Below, in pieces: positions 17,241-19,387 of a stretch of 19,387 bases of DNA; the first letter of the stretch is position 1; each line of letters begins with the position of its first letter. The notes under the pieces were generated by a model. The model did no database searches and was not told the origin of the DNA. It saw only the letters and a list, made by a program, of their open reading frames with translations. Source of the stretch: Candidatus Thorarchaeota archaeon (GTDB lineage: Archaea; Asgardarchaeota; Thorarchaeia; Thorarchaeales; Thorarchaeaceae). Both the position numbers and the translations under genes were made by a program. The stretch covers positions 2,313-21,699 of the forward strand of contig JBHLQM010000061.1 of the NCBI GenBank assembly GCA_048884785.1, in the 5' to 3' direction.

Positions 17241-17957
17241 CTAAACTGCAGCTACGGAAAGCACTTCTCCGCTAACTCCGACAATTAGTGATTTTATCGG
17301 CAGTTCCTTTGATGCAGCTATCGCCGCCTGTTTGGTCATTCTAACAAGTCCGCTACAGCAAGGGACTTCCATGATTAGTACTGTGATGTCTTTGATTTCA
17401 TTAATTCTAATTATCTCAGTCAGCTTTGCCAAATTGGACTGATAGTCTTCAAACTTGGGGCAAACTTGGAGAGCAGTTTTTCCTTTCAACAGATTCTCGT
17501 GCAGAGAAGGATACGCGAGGCCTGTGCAATCTGCTGAAATAAGCAAACTTGCATTTTTCAGAGCTGGGTGGTATGGTGCAATTAGTTTGAGTTTAACAGG
17601 AAAATTCTGTAAGTATGACTTTGCATTGCTCCACCTCTGTATCTGATCTTCAGAATTCTCATGGTTCGTCAGATCAACAGTTGGGCAACAAGAATTCTCC
17701 AGATGCTGTTCTCTGGTCTTGGCAACATGCTGCATTGCCGCTTCTTCATTGAATTCAGCTGTTTCTACCTCTTTTAATGAAAGAGCATCCTCTGGGCAAT
17801 GTCCTATACATGCTCCCAATCCATCACAGAAGCTCTCTGATACAACTCGTGCTTTTCCATCAATAATTGACAGAGCACCTTCCTCGCAGCTCGTGATACA
17901 CAGCCCACAACCAGTACACTTCTCCTCATCTATTTGGATCATCAATCTTCTTACCAT
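17241..17957 (-). CDS. 2x[4Fe-4S] ferredoxin-domain protein fused to a Cys-rich C-terminal domain (Fe-S cluster-binding oxidoreductase family)
   Basis: CTGCGLCITSC and CDGLGACIGHCP, then L.NFPVKL.L, ISADC, CPK and MEVPCCSGL. ATG 17957 is preferred over 17975. Confidence 0.9.
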   Translation of the reverse strand: MVRRLMIQIDEEKCTGCGLCITSCEEGALSIIDGKARVVSESFCDGLGACIGHCPEDALSLKEVETAEFNEEAAMQHVAKTREQHLENSCCPTVDLTNHENSEDQIQRWSNAKSYLQNFPVKLKLIAPYHPALKNASLLISADCTGLAYPSLHENLLKGKTALQVCPKFEDYQSNLAKLTEIIRINEIKDITVLIMEVPCCSGLVRMTKQAAIAASKELPIKSLIVGVSGEVLSVAAV

Positions 17958-18004
17958 TATTTCCCACGCTCTCATTTAATACCATCAACTATAATAAGTA
18001 TAGT

Positions 18005-18022
18005 AGTTACCAAAAGGATAGT
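18005..18022. promoter_or_regulatory. Candidate operator of the HxlR-family regulator
   Basis: Imperfect inverted repeat AGTTACC-AAAA-GGATAGT in the short divergent gap. It resembles the A/T-centred palindromes bound by MarR/DUF24 (HxlR) regulators. Confidence 0.45.
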
Positions 18023-18033
18023 GATAGATTCGA

Positions 18034-18453
18034 ATGAAGTCAAATGTCCAATATGCATCTCGTGTGAAGGATGACGTTCAGAACTGTCCAGTGTATATCA
18101 CCTCTCAGATATTAGGAAAAGCCTGGACAATCCTTATTTTGCAGACGTTGATGGCCCTCTCGTCTAAGGAGGGGTTGCGTTTTAATGAAATCCAGAGAGA
18201 CCTAAGCTGGGTTTCACCAAAAATCCTCTCTCAACGACTCAAAGAGTTAGTGGGTGAAGGCATTATTTCGCGTAATATAGATTCAAGCGAGATGCCGCTT
18301 AAGGTTACTTACACATTAACAAGAAAAGGAGAGGATCTTAGAGGAGTTCTAACCCTGATGCAAAAGTGGGGTGTAAAACACAATCAAGAGAGTCGGAAAC
18401 GATGCAAAAGTGAGGAGTTCTCCGCCTGTGAAGGATGCAGAGAAATTACCTAG
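18034..18453 (+). CDS. HxlR/DUF24-family winged-helix transcriptional regulator
   Basis: CPV....ILGKAWTILIL, LRFNEI, VSPKILSQRLKEL..EGII.R and P.KV.Y.LT.KGEDL; Cys-rich tail. Confidence 0.93.
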   Translation: MKSNVQYASRVKDDVQNCPVYITSQILGKAWTILILQTLMALSSKEGLRFNEIQRDLSWVSPKILSQRLKELVGEGIISRNIDSSEMPLKVTYTLTRKGEDLRGVLTLMQKWGVKHNQESRKRCKSEEFSACEGCREIT

Positions 18454-18932
18454 GATGAAACGTTGTAATCTTCGATTACTTTCACCATTTCCTCTTCAAT
18501 GGTGGGAGTCATTTTTGGTCTGGTTTTTATTCTTCCTATCTCCTCTCCTGTATCCTTTCGAAATAGCAATATTGTAGGACTGCTTCGGATATCGAAAATA
18601 TCTACCTCAATTGGGCTTGGTGGGATTGCCCAGTACCTCCCAGAACCAAATCCTGGCTTTGTCATTCCCCCTAAGGCACGTACCCTTATTCCCAATTCTG
18701 CTTCGATTACAGCAAGAGCCGGTACGGCACGGCGTGCATCACCGCACCAGTCCGCAAAAAGAACAACGATTTCATATTCCTCTGCTAGTTTCTTCAACAT
18801 GTCCAAGGCGGCTGGATTTGGTTTGTAACTACTAACTTCATCAAGCCATCTACTTCGATACATTGGCGACATCGTTTCGATATAATTTCCGCATGATGGA
18901 CAGTCAGTTGTTACATCATCCAACGTAGGCAT
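18450..18932 (-). CDS. Thioredoxin-fold protein with monothiol WCGDA site and N-terminal CPSC (start ATG 18932 or TTG 18953)
   Basis: IVVLFADWCGDARRAVP and cis-Pro region IRSSPTILLF...GEEIGRI; GTGA RBS before ATG 18932. Confidence 0.85.
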   Translation of the reverse strand: MPTLDDVTTDCPSCGNYIETMSPMYRSRWLDEVSSYKPNPAALDMLKKLAEEYEIVVLFADWCGDARRAVPALAVIEAELGIRVRALGGMTKPGFGSGRYWAIPPSPIEVDIFDIRSSPTILLFRKDTGEEIGRIKTRPKMTPTIEEEMVKVIEDYNVSS

Positions 18933-18975
18933 AATTTCACATCCGCACACCAATATACTGAACAGGTCTCTCCTT

Positions 18976-19386
18976 TTACTCTTCTGCTGCGCAGACTATG
19001 TCCGTTCCCTTCTCTGCCTTGACGGCTTGAAGGGGCGCCTTTTGAATGATTCGAATGAGTTCTTCTATTCCCTGTCTATGATGGCTTTCATCTTCCAAGA
19101 GGTGATTCAGGAGGAATTTTGCGATAGGATCCTTGGTTCTTCTAAGTGAATCTGTAGCAAGTGAGACCATTTCTTTTTGTTCTTGTCCAAGTTTGGCTAG
19201 AGTTTTTTGAAGCTTCACTCTATCGACGTATCTCTGCACTTTTGCACTCCACTGGTCACATGGAGTGTCATGAATCATCTCAACTATACCTTCTAGGAAC
19301 TTTTGATGCTTCCAGGAATCCAATCTTAGTTCCATAAAAACAAGCTTTACGGCTGTTTCTGAAACCTCATCCTCAATCTCTGCAAG
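18976..19386 (-). CDS. Ferritin-like / rubrerythrin-type di-iron four-helix protein (5' part outside the window)
   Basis: The frame stays open to the window edge (LAEIEDEVSETAVKLVFMELRLDSWKHQKFLE). Paired motifs DSWKH and EDESHH with ferritin-like helix spacing. Confidence 0.75.
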   Translation of the reverse strand, partial: LAEIEDEVSETAVKLVFMELRLDSWKHQKFLEGIVEMIHDTPCDQWSAKVQRYVDRVKLQKTLAKLGQEQKEMVSLATDSLRRTKDPIAKFLLNHLLEDESHHRQGIEELIRIIQKAPLQAVKAEKGTDIVCAAEE

Positions 19387-19387
19387 C

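Noticed and set aside
238-18835. Many short antisense or alternate-frame ORFs in the track (e.g. 978..1298, 2025..2336, 3694..4005, 4228..4560, 7517..7858, 13009..13320, 16238..16567, 18499..18828)
   Set aside because: They overlap well-supported genes or the candidate RNA and lack motifs and RBSs, so they are treated as shadow ORFs.
1-19387. CRISPR arrays, IS elements, integrases and defence systems
   Set aside because: No regularly spaced repeats and no transposase, recombinase or nuclease motifs were seen.

Overview
Archaeal chromosomal window, most likely from an Asgard archaeon (Thorarchaeia-like). This is inferred from the archaeal-type TyrRS, GGTGA/GTGAT ribosome-binding sites, TATA-like promoters, a tandem Lrp/AsnC regulator and an 'IDLxPL' leucine-rich-repeat protein. 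It holds about 21 CDS: an aldo/keto reductase 3' end, a creatininase-family hydrolase, several membrane hypotheticals, a tandem GNAT, a double Lrp/AsnC regulator, DUF4256, tyrS, an LRR protein, a MacB/FtsX-type ABC system, a multi-TM histidine kinase, an isoaspartyl peptidase/asparaginase, and a redox cluster (4Fe-4S protein, HxlR regulator, thioredoxin-like and ferritin-like proteins). No mobile element, CRISPR array, tRNA or rRNA was seen. The standout is a ~280-nt intergenic segment (~1908-2190, + strand) with its own TATA-like box and T-rich end. By hand it folds into nested long-range helices, an exposed 20-nt loop and two possible pseudoknots. It matches no RNA family I can recognise, so it is a candidate undescribed structured ncRNA. 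All pairings were found by eye; no folding or database search was run.
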